Made by a program: the position numbers and the translations under genes. Below the pieces are notes generated by a model that was not told the DNA's origin, ran no database searches, and worked only from the letters and a program-made list of their open reading frames with translations. Of a stretch of DNA of 64,000 nucleotides, positions 28,734 through 39,403 are shown one piece after another (position 1 is the first letter of the stretch; each line of letters opens with the position of its first letter). The stretch spans positions 3,588 through 67,587 of the forward strand of contig CAYNOO010000002.1 in NCBI GenBank assembly GCA_964398865.1. The letters are read 5' to 3'. This stretch comes from an uncultured Candidatus Saccharibacteria bacterium. Lineage in GTDB: Bacteria; Patescibacteriota; Minisyncoccia; Phycocordibacterales; Phycocordibacteraceae.

Positions 28734-30486
28734 CGCAACAGAGAACAAGAAGAAAGCTTCGTCGCTTCAGGCGCTTAAAAGCTTGTGGCCGCTTTTGTCG
28801 GGCGAACGCACCATCCTTATTTTTGCAGGTATCGCGACGTTGGCTAATTCTCTCATCAACCTCGTTGCGCCGCTTGTGATAGCGCATGTGGTCGACACCT
28901 ATATCGTGGCAAAGGAGTTCGAAGGCGTCGTTACGTTCGGTTTCATTCTTCTTGCGCTTTACGTCGTGGGGCTTTTTACGAGCTATGCGCAGACGCGGCT
29001 CATGGGTGGCATGGGACAGCGCGTCCTCTTTAACTTGCGCACAAAAATATTCGGCAAGCTTCAGGAGCTGCCCGTTGCTTTCTTCAATGCCAACAAGGCA
29101 GGAGACCTCATATCACGCATCAACAATGACACTGACAAGCTGAACCAATTCTTCTCGCAGACGTTAGTGCAGTTCGTCGGAAGTATCGTCATCATGATCG
29201 GAGCGGCGATTTTTCTCCTCTCTATTAATCTTAAACTTGGTGCTGCAGCCCTCGCCCCTGCAGCGGCGCTTCTCATCTTCACGCAGCTTGTCTCGTCGTG
29301 GGTGAAGCGCACGAATGAAGTCTCTCTGACTTCAACCGGGAATCTCTCAGGAGAGGTGTCAGAGAGTCTAAATAATTTCAAGGTAGTCGTAGCATTCAAT
29401 CGTCGGGATTTCTTCCGTAAGCGTTTTGAGGTCGCTAATGAAGCCAATTATAAGGGTGCAATCGGAGCGGGAATCGCTAACAATACCTTTACGCCAGTAT
29501 TCGGCTTCTCCTCCAACATCGCGCAGCTCGTGGTGCTCGCGTACGGCGTGTATCTTATTACCACTGGCAATTTCACACTCGGTCTCCTCATAGGCTTTCT
29601 CTCATACGTGTCGAACTTTTATAATCCTCTTCGCCAGCTCGCAGCGCTGTGGGCGAACTTCCAAGTCGCGCTTGCTGGTTGGGATCGTATCTCGGCAATA
29701 TTACAGATGCATAGCGGAATGGAAGTGTTGCCGATCTCTGCTGCAGATACTCAGGAAGAACAAAGTGCCCCGCTCCTTGAGTTCAAGGATGTTTCTTTCC
29801 ACTACGCGGCTGACAAGCAGGTGTTGCACGATGTGAATTTCACGCTTCTTCCAGGGAAAACCTACGCGCTTGTTGGTCCCACCGGCGGTGGCAAAACTAC
29901 TACGGCGTCCTTGATGGCACGCCTCTACGACCCGTCTTCAGGCACGGTATATCTTAATGGGCGGGATATTCGCACCTATGAATCTGCCGAGCGCACTCGA
30001 AAGATAGGCTTCATTCTTCAGGAGCCCACGCTCTTTTCAGGCACGGTGCGCGAGAACATTCTCTATGGCAACGAAGAGTACAAGGATTTCTCGAACGAGG
30101 CTCTCGTGAAAGTCATTCATGAGGTAGGACTTGAAAGCTTGCTGGTGCGCTTTGATGGAGGTCTTGAGGCGAAAGTCGCGACTTCTGGTGATTCTCTTTC
30201 TCTCGGTCAAAAACAGCTCATTGCTTTCATGCGCGCTGTGTTGCGCGACCCCGACCTTCTCATTCTCGACGAAGCCACTGCCAACATCGATACCGTGACT
30301 GAACAGCTCTTGGAGGAGATTCTTAAAAAACTTCCGAAACACACGACGCGCGTCATCATCGCTCACCGCCTCAATACCATTGAGAATGCGGACGAGATCT
30401 TTTTCGTGAACGGTGGCGAGATAATTCGCGCTGGATCCATGGAGCATGCCGTTGATATGCTCCTCCATGGGAAACGAGATAGTTGA
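28717..30486 (+). CDS. ABC transporter permease/ATP-binding protein (heterodimer partner)
   Basis: Transmembrane domain plus a nucleotide-binding domain (GPTGGGKTT, LSLGQKQL, LLILDEAT). Start placed at MNYELNAT, overlapping the upstream gene by 17 nt. Confidence 0.85.
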   Translation: MNYELNATENKKKASSLQALKSLWPLLSGERTILIFAGIATLANSLINLVAPLVIAHVVDTYIVAKEFEGVVTFGFILLALYVVGLFTSYAQTRLMGGMGQRVLFNLRTKIFGKLQELPVAFFNANKAGDLISRINNDTDKLNQFFSQTLVQFVGSIVIMIGAAIFLLSINLKLGAAALAPAAALLIFTQLVSSWVKRTNEVSLTSTGNLSGEVSESLNNFKVVVAFNRRDFFRKRFEVANEANYKGAIGAGIANNTFTPVFGFSSNIAQLVVLAYGVYLITTGNFTLGLLIGFLSYVSNFYNPLRQLAALWANFQVALAGWDRISAILQMHSGMEVLPISAADTQEEQSAPLLEFKDVSFHYAADKQVLHDVNFTLLPGKTYALVGPTGGGKTTTASLMARLYDPSSGTVYLNGRDIRTYESAERTRKIGFILQEPTLFSGTVRENILYGNEEYKDFSNEALVKVIHEVGLESLLVRFDGGLEAKVATSGDSLSLGQKQLIAFMRAVLRDPDLLILDEATANIDTVTEQLLEEILKKLPKHTTRVIIAHRLNTIENADEIFFVNGGEIIRAGSMEHAVDMLLHGKRDS

Positions 30487-30552
30487 ACAGTAAACTTCGC
30501 GCCTCGCGAAAAACCTTTCACTTCTGGCTCTTATACGATAGGGTAGGTTGTT

Positions 30553-32013
30553 GTGGCACAGGACGAGACGATTTTAAGATTCGAGGAGGTATCCCACGAA
30601 TTCACTGCGAAAAAACCAATCCTCGATGAGGTGAGTTTTTCGGTGCGCCGTGGCAGGAAGATCACTTTGATGGGGCAAAACGGTGCCGGCAAAAGCACGA
30701 TTTTTAAACTTATCATCGGCGTTGAAAAACCTGACGGCGGCACTATCAATATTGCGCCCAAGATGAGCATCGCAACTTCGCGACAGGTCATCCCGAGAGC
30801 CGAGATGGAGCTTACTATCCGGGAGTTCTTCCAAAAGATGTTCAAAGAGAAAGTCTACGACATCGACCCGCGTATTGATGACGTATTGGAGGTGGTGAAC
30901 CTGAAACATCATGAGAAATTACATGACAGGATAGTCGGGTCTTTCTCTGGGGGTCAACAGGCGCGCATCTTGCTCGCGTCCGCCCTTATCCAGAAACCTG
31001 ATCTCTTACTACTCGATGAGCCCACGAACAATCTCGATAGAGCAGGTATCGCGCATCTTACGGACTTTCTCATTAAGTATGACAAGACCTGCATCGTGAT
31101 CTCCCACGATGCGCATTTCTTGAACTCTTTCTCGGACGGCGTTTTGTACTTGGACGTGCACACGCGAAAAGTCGAGCAATACGCGGGCAACTATTCGGAT
31201 GTACTCAAAGACATCACCGCGCGCGTCGAGAAAGAGAACATGAAGAATGCCCAGCTCGAGAAAGCGATTATCGCTAACAAAGAGAAAGCCAACTTCTTCG
31301 CACAGAAAGGCGGCGGCATGCGTATGGTGGCGAAGCGCATGCGCGCGGCGGCAGAGGAAATGGAAGAGTCAAAGGTGGATGTGCGCCGCGAAGACAAAAC
31401 AATTAAAGCGTTCACGATCCCCGTACAAGAGAACGTAGGAGGAGAGATTCTTACCATCACTTCGTACACGACGCTCAAAGACCATAAGCCGAAAGTCCAT
31501 AAGAAGAACCTGGTCCTCCGGCGGGGCGAGCACTTACTTTTGGTAGGTCCTAATGGCATCGGTAAGAGCACTCTCCTAGAGTCAATCGCAAAGAATACTT
31601 CCGATGGGATTTCAATAAGCAAAGGAGTTACGGTGGGCTATTACCGGCAGGATTTCTCAAACCTCGATTTTGAATCGACTGTCTTTCAAGAGTTGGCGGG
31701 AGCAATGAAAGAGCAAAAAGAAGATAAACTCCGCTCTGTTGCGGCAGGCTTTCTTATAACAGGGGATTTGATACACACGAAAATCAGCCACCTCTCGGAA
31801 GGGCAGAAAGGCTTGGTAGCGTTCGCAAGGCTCGTGCTGCTTCAGCCCGGACTTCTCATTCTTGATGAACCAACGAACCACATCAACTTCCGCCACTTGC
31901 CTGTGATTGCCGCGGCGCTCGACAAGTTTCAGGGTGCGATGATTCTCGTGAGCCACGTGCCTGAGTTCGTTTCGAAAATTCGGATTGACGAGACCCTGGA
32001 TCTTACGAAATGA
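30553..32013 (+). CDS. ABC-F family ATPase (two tandem ABC domains, no transmembrane domain)
   Basis: Two nucleotide-binding domains (GQNGAGKST...LSGGQQARILLA...LLLDEPTN and GPNGIGKST...LSEGQKGLVAFA...LILDEPTN). Short at 486 aa. Confidence 0.75.
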   Translation: MAQDETILRFEEVSHEFTAKKPILDEVSFSVRRGRKITLMGQNGAGKSTIFKLIIGVEKPDGGTINIAPKMSIATSRQVIPRAEMELTIREFFQKMFKEKVYDIDPRIDDVLEVVNLKHHEKLHDRIVGSFSGGQQARILLASALIQKPDLLLLDEPTNNLDRAGIAHLTDFLIKYDKTCIVISHDAHFLNSFSDGVLYLDVHTRKVEQYAGNYSDVLKDITARVEKENMKNAQLEKAIIANKEKANFFAQKGGGMRMVAKRMRAAAEEMEESKVDVRREDKTIKAFTIPVQENVGGEILTITSYTTLKDHKPKVHKKNLVLRRGEHLLLVGPNGIGKSTLLESIAKNTSDGISISKGVTVGYYRQDFSNLDFESTVFQELAGAMKEQKEDKLRSVAAGFLITGDLIHTKISHLSEGQKGLVAFARLVLLQPGLLILDEPTNHINFRHLPVIAAALDKFQGAMILVSHVPEFVSKIRIDETLDLTK

Positions 32014-33320
32014 GAGGCCGCGCTTTAATGGACGGTGCGCGGCACGATTTCGCGAAATCGTATGACCTCATTGTCGTCGGAGGAGGAGCGTCTGGTCTTA
32101 TGGCGGCAGGGCGAGCTGCGGAGCGGGGCAAGCGCGTGCTCTTGCTTGAGAAGAACCGGAAACTGGGAGAGAAGCTGAAGATATCAGGCGGAGGGCGCTG
32201 CAATATCACGAACGCAGAATTTGACGCTCGCGTACTCCTTCAGGCGTACGGGAAAGCTGAACAATTTTTATACTCTGTATTTTCGCAGTTCGGAGTGAAA
32301 GATACGTTCACTTTTTTTGAATCTCGCGGATTGCCATTGGTCGTACAAGCGAGGAAGCGCGCATTTCCAAAAACTGAAAAAGCCGAGGATGTGCTCAAGG
32401 TACTCCAGAAATACCTAATTGAAGGAAAGGTGACTGTTCTGACGGGCTCTCCTGTTACGGAGATTCACTCCGACAAAGTGAAGATCACAGGCGTTTCTTC
32501 TGGCAAAGAGAAATATGTGGCAACGGACTATCTTTTTTCAACGGGAGGGGTGTCCCACCCAGAAACAGGTTCAACTGGCGACGGTTTTGGCTGGCTCCGC
32601 AAGCTTGGTCATAGCGTGGTCAAACCTACGCCGACCATCGTCCCGCTTAAGGTGAGCGACGCCTGGAGCAAGAAACTTGCTGGAATTTCTATCGAGCATA
32701 TGAAAATAACATTCTTCGTGGAAGAGGAGGTAAAAGATGTAGCAAGTAAAAAGAAGACATTCTCTGAAACAGGAAAGATTTTATTCACGCATTTCGGTCT
32801 TTCGGGTCCTCTTATCTTAAACAGTGCACACAAGGTTGCGGACTTGCTCCACGATGGAGCTGTTACGGCTACGATAGACCTGTTTCCAGATATTGATCTC
32901 GGCGTCCTTGAGAAAAAAGTGATTGCCGTTTTTGATGAGAATAAAAACAAGACCCTGAAGAATATCCTTAAAGAATTGCTACCAGCAGGGACTGCTAAAG
33001 GTATCGTGACGCTTTTGGCTGACACGGTGGACACTCTTAAGAAAGTTCATTCCATCAGCAAAGAGGAACGTAAAGCAATCGTACGTATTTTTAAAGCGCT
33101 TCCACTCACCATCACGGGGCTGATGGGTTTTGATAGAGCGGTGATTGCGGACGGCGGCGTGGCACTTGAAGAGATCGATATGAAGGTCATGCGCTCGAAG
33201 AAAATTTCGAACCTCTACGTGACGGGGGACTTGCTACATATCAACAGACCTTCGGGCGGCTTCTCGCTCCAGCTTTGTTGGTCTTCAGGATATGTAGCGG
33301 GAAGCCACGCGGGTGGGTGA
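32010..33320 (+). CDS. HI0933/YhiN-family FAD-dependent oxidoreductase
   Basis: DLIVVGGGASGLMAAGRAAERGKRVLLLEKNRKLGEKLKISGGGRCNITN is the characteristic N-terminus of the HI0933-like flavoprotein family. Confidence 0.8.
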   Translation: MRGRALMDGARHDFAKSYDLIVVGGGASGLMAAGRAAERGKRVLLLEKNRKLGEKLKISGGGRCNITNAEFDARVLLQAYGKAEQFLYSVFSQFGVKDTFTFFESRGLPLVVQARKRAFPKTEKAEDVLKVLQKYLIEGKVTVLTGSPVTEIHSDKVKITGVSSGKEKYVATDYLFSTGGVSHPETGSTGDGFGWLRKLGHSVVKPTPTIVPLKVSDAWSKKLAGISIEHMKITFFVEEEVKDVASKKKTFSETGKILFTHFGLSGPLILNSAHKVADLLHDGAVTATIDLFPDIDLGVLEKKVIAVFDENKNKTLKNILKELLPAGTAKGIVTLLADTVDTLKKVHSISKEERKAIVRIFKALPLTITGLMGFDRAVIADGGVALEEIDMKVMRSKKISNLYVTGDLLHINRPSGGFSLQLCWSSGYVAGSHAGG

Positions 33321-33374
33321 TTTAGCGTGATGGTGCTTTATAATAGACACTATAGTCATTAATTTTCATATTTC

Positions 33375-33893
33375 ATGTCAAAAACAATGATGCTCTGGGC
33401 AGTGGCTGGTTTAGTCGTGATAGTCGGCGGCTACTTCGCGCTCACTGCTAATAAAGCACCGATAGGTGACGGAGCGGCAGAAAATACTACTGCGGAGCAG
33501 TCCGGCAAGAAAATGGCGTTTTCAGAATTCATCAAGAAAGGTGAGGCGAGCAAATGTACCGTTACCCAGAATGTGAATGGCACTGAAACTAATGGAGTCA
33601 CGTACATTGGCAACGGAATGATTCGCGGCGAATACAATATGAAAGTGCAGGGCATGAATGTTGACTCCACTCTCATTGTTCGCGATGGCTACACCTATTC
33701 GTGGAGTTCAATGATGCCTACCACTGGCTTCAAGGTGAAAGTGTCTGGTGCAGCACAGGGAGACGCAAATGCTGCTGCTTCAGGGCAGTACAGTTTCAAT
33801 GCTGAGCAAATAGGGGATTATTCGTGCGAGCCGTGGACAGTTGATGAATCTAAATTTGCAGTGCCCGCCGGAGTAACCTTCCGAGAGCTATAA
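33375..33893 (+). CDS. hypothetical membrane-anchored protein, paralog A of 45244-45804
   Basis: N-terminal transmembrane segment. Shares CTxT...TxGxxY...IIRDGxxYxW...C.PW...F.P..TF with the 45244 ORF. Confidence 0.45.
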   Translation: MSKTMMLWAVAGLVVIVGGYFALTANKAPIGDGAAENTTAEQSGKKMAFSEFIKKGEASKCTVTQNVNGTETNGVTYIGNGMIRGEYNMKVQGMNVDSTLIVRDGYTYSWSSMMPTTGFKVKVSGAAQGDANAAASGQYSFNAEQIGDYSCEPWTVDESKFAVPAGVTFREL

Positions 33894-33901
33894 AAGCGAG
33901 A

Positions 33902-34588
33902 CTAAAGCCCGAGCGCTCCGAGAAGTGTCTTCAGTTTCTCTCCTTGAATGGTCCGGTGCTGACCGGCTTTCAGATTGCATAGCTCTATATTCATGACGCG
34001 GATGCGCTCTAGGATTTCGATGTTCGCCCCCACCGCTACGCACATACGGCGTATCTGATGTTTTTTGCCTTCAGTGAGAGTAATAGTAAATGAAGTGTCG
34101 CTCTCGATATCTATAGTGCATGGCTTGGTCACGTACCCTTCGATGTCTACGCCCGCCTCCATTCGCTTCTTAAAATTCTTAGGAAGCGCGTCTGTCGTCG
34201 TAACTCGGTATTCTTTTTCGTGCACGTATTCAGGATTGAGGAGTTTGTCAGTAACCCGCCCATCGTCCGTGAGGATAATGAGCCCACTTGATTTCTTATC
34301 AAGCCTGCCGACAGGGAAGATGCCCTTGAGTGGAGTGGTCATGAGGATATCTTTCTCACCCTCCTGAGCCGAGTGGGTGACAATGCCGACAGGTTTGTTG
34401 TAGGCGAAGTAGTGACACTCCTTTCGAGTTCCGCGCACCTCCACCGTATCTGTTTCCTCCACCTTATCTCCCAAAACCGCTAATCTGCCGTTGATAGATA
34501 CCAGCCCTTCTGAAATAAGCGTATCCGCCCCTTTCCGAGTCGCATATCCCTTAGATGCTAGATATTTGTTGATGCGAACTGACGCCAT
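33902..34588 (-). CDS. rRNA pseudouridine synthase (RsuA/RluB family)
   Basis: S4 domain (VRINKYLASKGYATRKGADTLISEGLVSING) plus a PseudoU_synth_2 core (PVGRLDKKSSGLIILTDDG). Start placed at the internal Met. The full ORF extends to 34801. Confidence 0.8.
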   Translation of the reverse strand: MASVRINKYLASKGYATRKGADTLISEGLVSINGRLAVLGDKVEETDTVEVRGTRKECHYFAYNKPVGIVTHSAQEGEKDILMTTPLKGIFPVGRLDKKSSGLIILTDDGRVTDKLLNPEYVHEKEYRVTTTDALPKNFKKRMEAGVDIEGYVTKPCTIDIESDTSFTITLTEGKKHQIRRMCVAVGANIEILERIRVMNIELCNLKAGQHRTIQGEKLKTLLGALGL

Positions 34589-34793
34589 CGAGTCAGTATA
34601 TAGGTGGTAGCTTTTTAAGCTATTATGCGATGTAGCGACATCGTGTCGTACCTGCGTCCACTGAGGGACGACCAGAATTCGGTCGAATCCATTCGTTTCC
34701 AGGCGATTTCCAAGTTTGAACCGAAATGAAATAAAGGTATTCTGAAGCCTCAATCCTTTTGAGCTTACGTTTGAACCGCAGAGGTAGCATTTT

Positions 34794-35777
34794 ATGAACA
34801 AAGGAAAAGCATTTGAGTATGCGTCTGCGATTGCGCTTCGTGATGCTGTTATAGCTTCAGGGGAGCTTGATGCCGTTTTAGAAGAGAATCCATCACTTCA
34901 AATTGCCCGACGTTGTTTCGCTGAAATTGAGGTAGAGGCTCCAGAAGCAGCACGAAAATTAATGGTTGTTGCTGAAGCTTCCGCAAAACTTCTGTTGGAG
35001 GCTGAGCCAAAATTAACTAGTCTCGAAGAAGGATTCTCTTCTTCGGTGCTGATTTCTTTGCAGCCGGACGCCGCAGGGGTGAGCGGTGACGTTAGGGATA
35101 TCGTCGTCACCAAAAGAGCTACTGGGAACGGAGCAGATTGGGCGATAGGGCTTTCTTGCAAGCATAACAATGACGCCGTCAAACATCAGCGTTTGTCGCC
35201 TTCAATTAACTTTGGTCAGCAATGGCTCGGTGTTCCTCTCCTTGCTGAGGATTTTACTGAGCTCGATCGAATTTTTTCACAGATTGATGCAGATAAAGTG
35301 CAAGGGTTTGCAGATTGGAATCAAATTCCGAATAAGGAAGCTCGTTACTATCAGCCATTGCTGCAGTTGGTGCTTGATAAAATTGCTTCAAACCCCGATC
35401 AGAATGCTTTAGCTGAGCGGCTACTATCCTACCTGATAGGCAATGAAGATTTTTATAAAGTAATCATGAATGAAGGGCTCAGGGGAAACGCTCAATTAAC
35501 ATTCCAAGGCTTTAACTTTAATGGCTCTCTGAATCAAGCAGCCTTAGGAGGAGAAAGGGCCCATACGGCTGTGGCACGGCTAACCCTGCCGAATCATATT
35601 ATTGATGCCAGCATGAAGCCTAATAGCGCCAATACCTTAAAAATATCTTTTGGCGGGGGATGGCAAGTTTCCATGCGCATACATAGTGCCAGCACCAAGT
35701 TACAGAAAAGCTTAAAAATGGATGTGCGATTGCTGGAGACCCCGCCAGAGCTTTTTAGTCAAACGGTTAGCATTTGA
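34794..35777 (+). CDS. candidate type II restriction endonuclease (cognate of the downstream GGCC-family methyltransferase)
   Basis: 327-aa ORF ending 17 bp upstream of the C5-methyltransferase on the same strand. No housekeeping homology. Context-based assignment. Confidence 0.45.
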   Translation: MNKGKAFEYASAIALRDAVIASGELDAVLEENPSLQIARRCFAEIEVEAPEAARKLMVVAEASAKLLLEAEPKLTSLEEGFSSSVLISLQPDAAGVSGDVRDIVVTKRATGNGADWAIGLSCKHNNDAVKHQRLSPSINFGQQWLGVPLLAEDFTELDRIFSQIDADKVQGFADWNQIPNKEARYYQPLLQLVLDKIASNPDQNALAERLLSYLIGNEDFYKVIMNEGLRGNAQLTFQGFNFNGSLNQAALGGERAHTAVARLTLPNHIIDASMKPNSANTLKISFGGGWQVSMRIHSASTKLQKSLKMDVRLLETPPELFSQTVSI

Positions 35778-35794
35778 TAGGGTAAAATATACCT

Positions 35795-36832
35795 ATGCGG
35801 GTTGCATCTCTTTTTTCCGGAGCTGGCGGTTTAGACTTGGGCTTTAAGAAAGCCGGTTTTGATGTCGTGTGGGCAAATGAATATGATCCCGCGATTTGGA
35901 AAACATTTGAATTAAATTTCCCTGATACCACTTTAGATCGGCGAAACGTCGTTGACGTTGCTTCGGAAGACATTCCGGATGTTGATGGGATTATTGGCGG
36001 ACCACCGTGCCAGAGCTGGAGCGAAGCGGGAGCTGGCAGGGGGGTCAATGATAAACGCGGGCGACTTTTTTTTGACTATATCCGGATTTTGAAAGATAAA
36101 GAACCTTTATTTTTCTTAGCAGAAAATGTTTCTGGAATCCTTTTCGACCGTCATGCAAGCGCGTTTGCTGAGATAGTGAGGCAGTTTAGCGATGCTGGAT
36201 ATTCGGTGAATTATAAATTATTGAATGCGCATGACTACGACGTTCCTGAAGATCGCCTGCGAGTGATTATCGTGGGCTACCATAAGAAACTTGGGCGAAC
36301 ATTTGAATTTCCTGAACCCATCACTGAAAAGATTTTTCTTAAAGACGCGATTGGCAATTTGCCTCCCGCAACACCGGCAAAGGCGATGAATAAAACTAAT
36401 GGAGAAAACCTTTCCATCCCTAACCACGAATATATGACGGGTGGATTTTCGACTATGTATATGTCGCGTAATCGTGTTCGCTCATGGGGCGAGCCTTCTT
36501 TCACAATTCAGGCAGGAGGTCGCCATGCGCCCATTCATCCGCAGGCGCCAAAAATGCAATTGATTTCCAAGGATGTGCGTATTTTTGCTCCGGGGAAAGA
36601 ACACCTGTACCGACGCTTATCGGTCCGTGAGTGCGCGCGCATTCAGACTTTCCCTGATAATTTTATTTTTGATTATAAAAATATCGGAGACGGCTACAAG
36701 ATGATCGGTAACGCGGTGCCAGTTAATTTTGCTAAAGCTATCGCGAAAAAAATAAAAAAAGATCTTTCAATGGGGCGCTCTACTTCGAGGCAATCGCTCA
36801 AAGGAGGTAAAGAGTTCGCTCTATTTGCCTAA
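35795..36832 (+). CDS. DNA (cytosine-5)-methyltransferase, M.HaeIII-like (GGCC family)
   Basis: Motif I FSGAGGLDLGF, motif IV GGPPCQSWS and ENV. The variable region (NKTNGEN, PNHEY, MSRNRVRSW, KEHLYRRLSVRECARIQTFPDNFIF, DGYKMIGNAVPVN) matches M.HaeIII as I recall it. Confidence 0.85.
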   Translation: MRVASLFSGAGGLDLGFKKAGFDVVWANEYDPAIWKTFELNFPDTTLDRRNVVDVASEDIPDVDGIIGGPPCQSWSEAGAGRGVNDKRGRLFFDYIRILKDKEPLFFLAENVSGILFDRHASAFAEIVRQFSDAGYSVNYKLLNAHDYDVPEDRLRVIIVGYHKKLGRTFEFPEPITEKIFLKDAIGNLPPATPAKAMNKTNGENLSIPNHEYMTGGFSTMYMSRNRVRSWGEPSFTIQAGGRHAPIHPQAPKMQLISKDVRIFAPGKEHLYRRLSVRECARIQTFPDNFIFDYKNIGDGYKMIGNAVPVNFAKAIAKKIKKDLSMGRSTSRQSLKGGKEFALFA

Positions 36833-36882
36833 CTGTAATGCCGCGACCTCCACTAACTTGAACGGAAGGGCGATTCTCTAAA

Positions 36883-39357
36883 ATGTTTAAAAAAATAAAA
36901 GACACTTCGATCCTTCGAAACGCACGCCAAGGACTTGAGCGGGAAGCCTTGCGAGTGGATGGTCAGGGGCGTATCGCAACGAACCTTCATCCGAACGCGT
37001 TCGGGTCACCGCTTACCAATCCCTATATCACACTTGATTTTTCTGAAGCGCAGCTTGAATTCATCACGCCGCCTTTGAAGGGAGGGCCGGCTCTCCGGGG
37101 CTTTCTTGAGAAACTCTACGCGTGGAGCTACCGGCAGATCGGTAGGGAGCTTCTCTGGCCGTTCAGCATGCCAGGAAAGTTGCCGGAGCACAGAAAGATA
37201 GCGCTTGCTCAGTTTGGTGCTTCTGTGGACGCTGAAGCGAAGCGCATCTACCGCGAAGGCTTGAAGCAGCGCTATGGCGGCGCCGTGCAGACTATCTCGG
37301 GCATCCATTACAATTTCTCTCTTTCTGAATCCTTCTGGAGCGCATACGCGAGGGAGTGCGGCATTCTAGGCGATATATCGTCCTTCAAAGACGAGCAGTA
37401 TTTTTCCCTGATGCGGAACGTCATCCGCTATGTGCCTTTAGTGACGTATCTTTTCGGTGCGTCCCCAGCCGCCGATAAGAGCTTTTTTACATCGCATCCT
37501 GAAAGTTTGAAGCAGCTCGATGCTTCAACATGGTACGGACCGTGGGCGACGTCCTTGCGACTCAGCGATTTTGGCTACCATAATGCGAAACGCAGTCCCG
37601 CTAGCGTTTCCTTCAACTCGCTTTCGGAATATGTGAATGATCTCTACAAAGCGGTATCAACTCCGTCGAAATTGTGGAGCGCGCTCGGCACCGAGGAGAG
37701 CGGGAAACAGATACAGCTCAACACGAACATATTGCAACTTGAGAACGAGTTCTATGCTTCCATACGCCCCAAACAAAAGACGCACATGCACCCTGGAGAG
37801 AGTGTCCTTTGTTCCTTGGCGTGCGCGGGAGTGGAGTATGTAGAACTTCGAAGCATCGACCTTGACCCTTATGATCCGGCTGGAATTGGCGAGGAAGAAC
37901 TCTCTTTTCTCCATGCGTTCATGACCTATTGTTTACTGGTGCCGAGCGCTCGGTTTAAGGAAGGCGAGCAGAAGAAACTGGAAGACACTCACTCGCTCGT
38001 CGCGCTCATGGGTCGCAAGCCCGGTCTTGCTATCGATACGGGATCGCGGAAAGAGATTTTTTCGGCATGGGCGTCAAAGGCGCTGAAGGCTATTGCTGAA
38101 GTCGCGGAACTTTTGGATGAGGCGCATGAGACAAAACGATTTTCGCGGGTGGTGGCAGCGCAAGCGGAAAAGTTAGCAGACTCAGAGCTTACCCCTTCTG
38201 CGCGCGTCATCCGTGAGATGAGAGAGAAAGGAATCTCCTATGCTCTATACGGTGTGGCACTCGCGAAATCATACAAAGCCTCTGCGCGCGCTCTAGCCTT
38301 GTCTGCTTCATATCAGGCGGAGATGAAAGAGCTTGCCCGTATTTCTCTCGAGGAAGCATCGCGTCGCGAAGCATATGATGATTGGATACTGAAAGGCTAT
38401 GAGCATCTCGAGCTCTCTACTCAGATAGTGATACGAGCCGCACAGAAGCGAGGCATCGTCGTCGAAGTTCTTGACCCTACGCTCAACGTTATTGAGCTCA
38501 CGAAAGGAAAGAAGAAAGAGGTCGTGAAGCAAGGAACTATCACGCGCTATGACAATTACCTCGGGTATGAGCTCATGAACCACAAATCTCTCACGAAGCT
38601 TTTTCTTCTGCATGCTGGCATCTCGACGCCTCAAGGAGAGCGATTCACGGATAAGCAGGAAGCTCTTGATTTTTATCCAGCGCATTGCTCGCATGCGCTT
38701 GTCGTGAAGCCTTCCAGTACCAACTACGGCACGGGCGTCTCGATCGTCCGTCCTCGCGGAGATAAGGCATATCAATTAGCTGTTGAGCGAGCCTTCAAGC
38801 ATGACAGCACCATCCTCGTCGAGGAGTTCATCCCCGGAAAGGAATACCGTTTTCTCGTAATAGCTGGCAAGGTTATCGCAGTTCTGAACCGCGACCCGGC
38901 AAATGTGATAGGAGACGGAATACACAGCATTCGTGAGCTGGTGGAAGCGAAGAACACGGACCCCTTGAGTTATAAGCTGCCCGAGAAATATATTCACCTC
39001 CGAGCTGTCGAGAAAGAAATACTCGCCGAAGCGAAGCTCACGCCTGACTCCGTCCCTTCGCGAAATCGGAAAGTGTATCTGCGGAAGAACTCCAACGTGA
39101 ACGACGGAGGAGATCCTATCGACATACCCGACATGCCTGCGGCATACAAGAGGATAGCCATTCGCGCGGCTCGGACAGTGGGCGCGAATATATGCGGAGT
39201 CGATATGATAATCAAAGATCCCCTGAAGGTTCCGAAGGCGAACAATCATTCCATCATCGAGCTGAATTGGAATCCGGCGCTCTACCTCCACGGCTACCCG
39301 ATCAAAGGAAAACGACGCGATGTGGGCGGGGCAGTCTTAGATTTCTTGGGGTTTTGA
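36883..39357 (+). CDS. gshF: bifunctional glutamate-cysteine ligase/glutathione synthetase
   Basis: N-terminal GshA-like region (GLEREALRVDGQGRIATNLHP...LEFITPP) fused to a C-terminal ATP-grasp domain. 824 aa. Confidence 0.8.
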   Translation: MFKKIKDTSILRNARQGLEREALRVDGQGRIATNLHPNAFGSPLTNPYITLDFSEAQLEFITPPLKGGPALRGFLEKLYAWSYRQIGRELLWPFSMPGKLPEHRKIALAQFGASVDAEAKRIYREGLKQRYGGAVQTISGIHYNFSLSESFWSAYARECGILGDISSFKDEQYFSLMRNVIRYVPLVTYLFGASPAADKSFFTSHPESLKQLDASTWYGPWATSLRLSDFGYHNAKRSPASVSFNSLSEYVNDLYKAVSTPSKLWSALGTEESGKQIQLNTNILQLENEFYASIRPKQKTHMHPGESVLCSLACAGVEYVELRSIDLDPYDPAGIGEEELSFLHAFMTYCLLVPSARFKEGEQKKLEDTHSLVALMGRKPGLAIDTGSRKEIFSAWASKALKAIAEVAELLDEAHETKRFSRVVAAQAEKLADSELTPSARVIREMREKGISYALYGVALAKSYKASARALALSASYQAEMKELARISLEEASRREAYDDWILKGYEHLELSTQIVIRAAQKRGIVVEVLDPTLNVIELTKGKKKEVVKQGTITRYDNYLGYELMNHKSLTKLFLLHAGISTPQGERFTDKQEALDFYPAHCSHALVVKPSSTNYGTGVSIVRPRGDKAYQLAVERAFKHDSTILVEEFIPGKEYRFLVIAGKVIAVLNRDPANVIGDGIHSIRELVEAKNTDPLSYKLPEKYIHLRAVEKEILAEAKLTPDSVPSRNRKVYLRKNSNVNDGGDPIDIPDMPAAYKRIAIRAARTVGANICGVDMIIKDPLKVPKANNHSIIELNWNPALYLHGYPIKGKRRDVGGAVLDFLGF

Positions 39358-39403
39358 TTCTTTTGAACCTCTAGGATGTGGATATTTGGTATACTGAAAG
39401 CCT

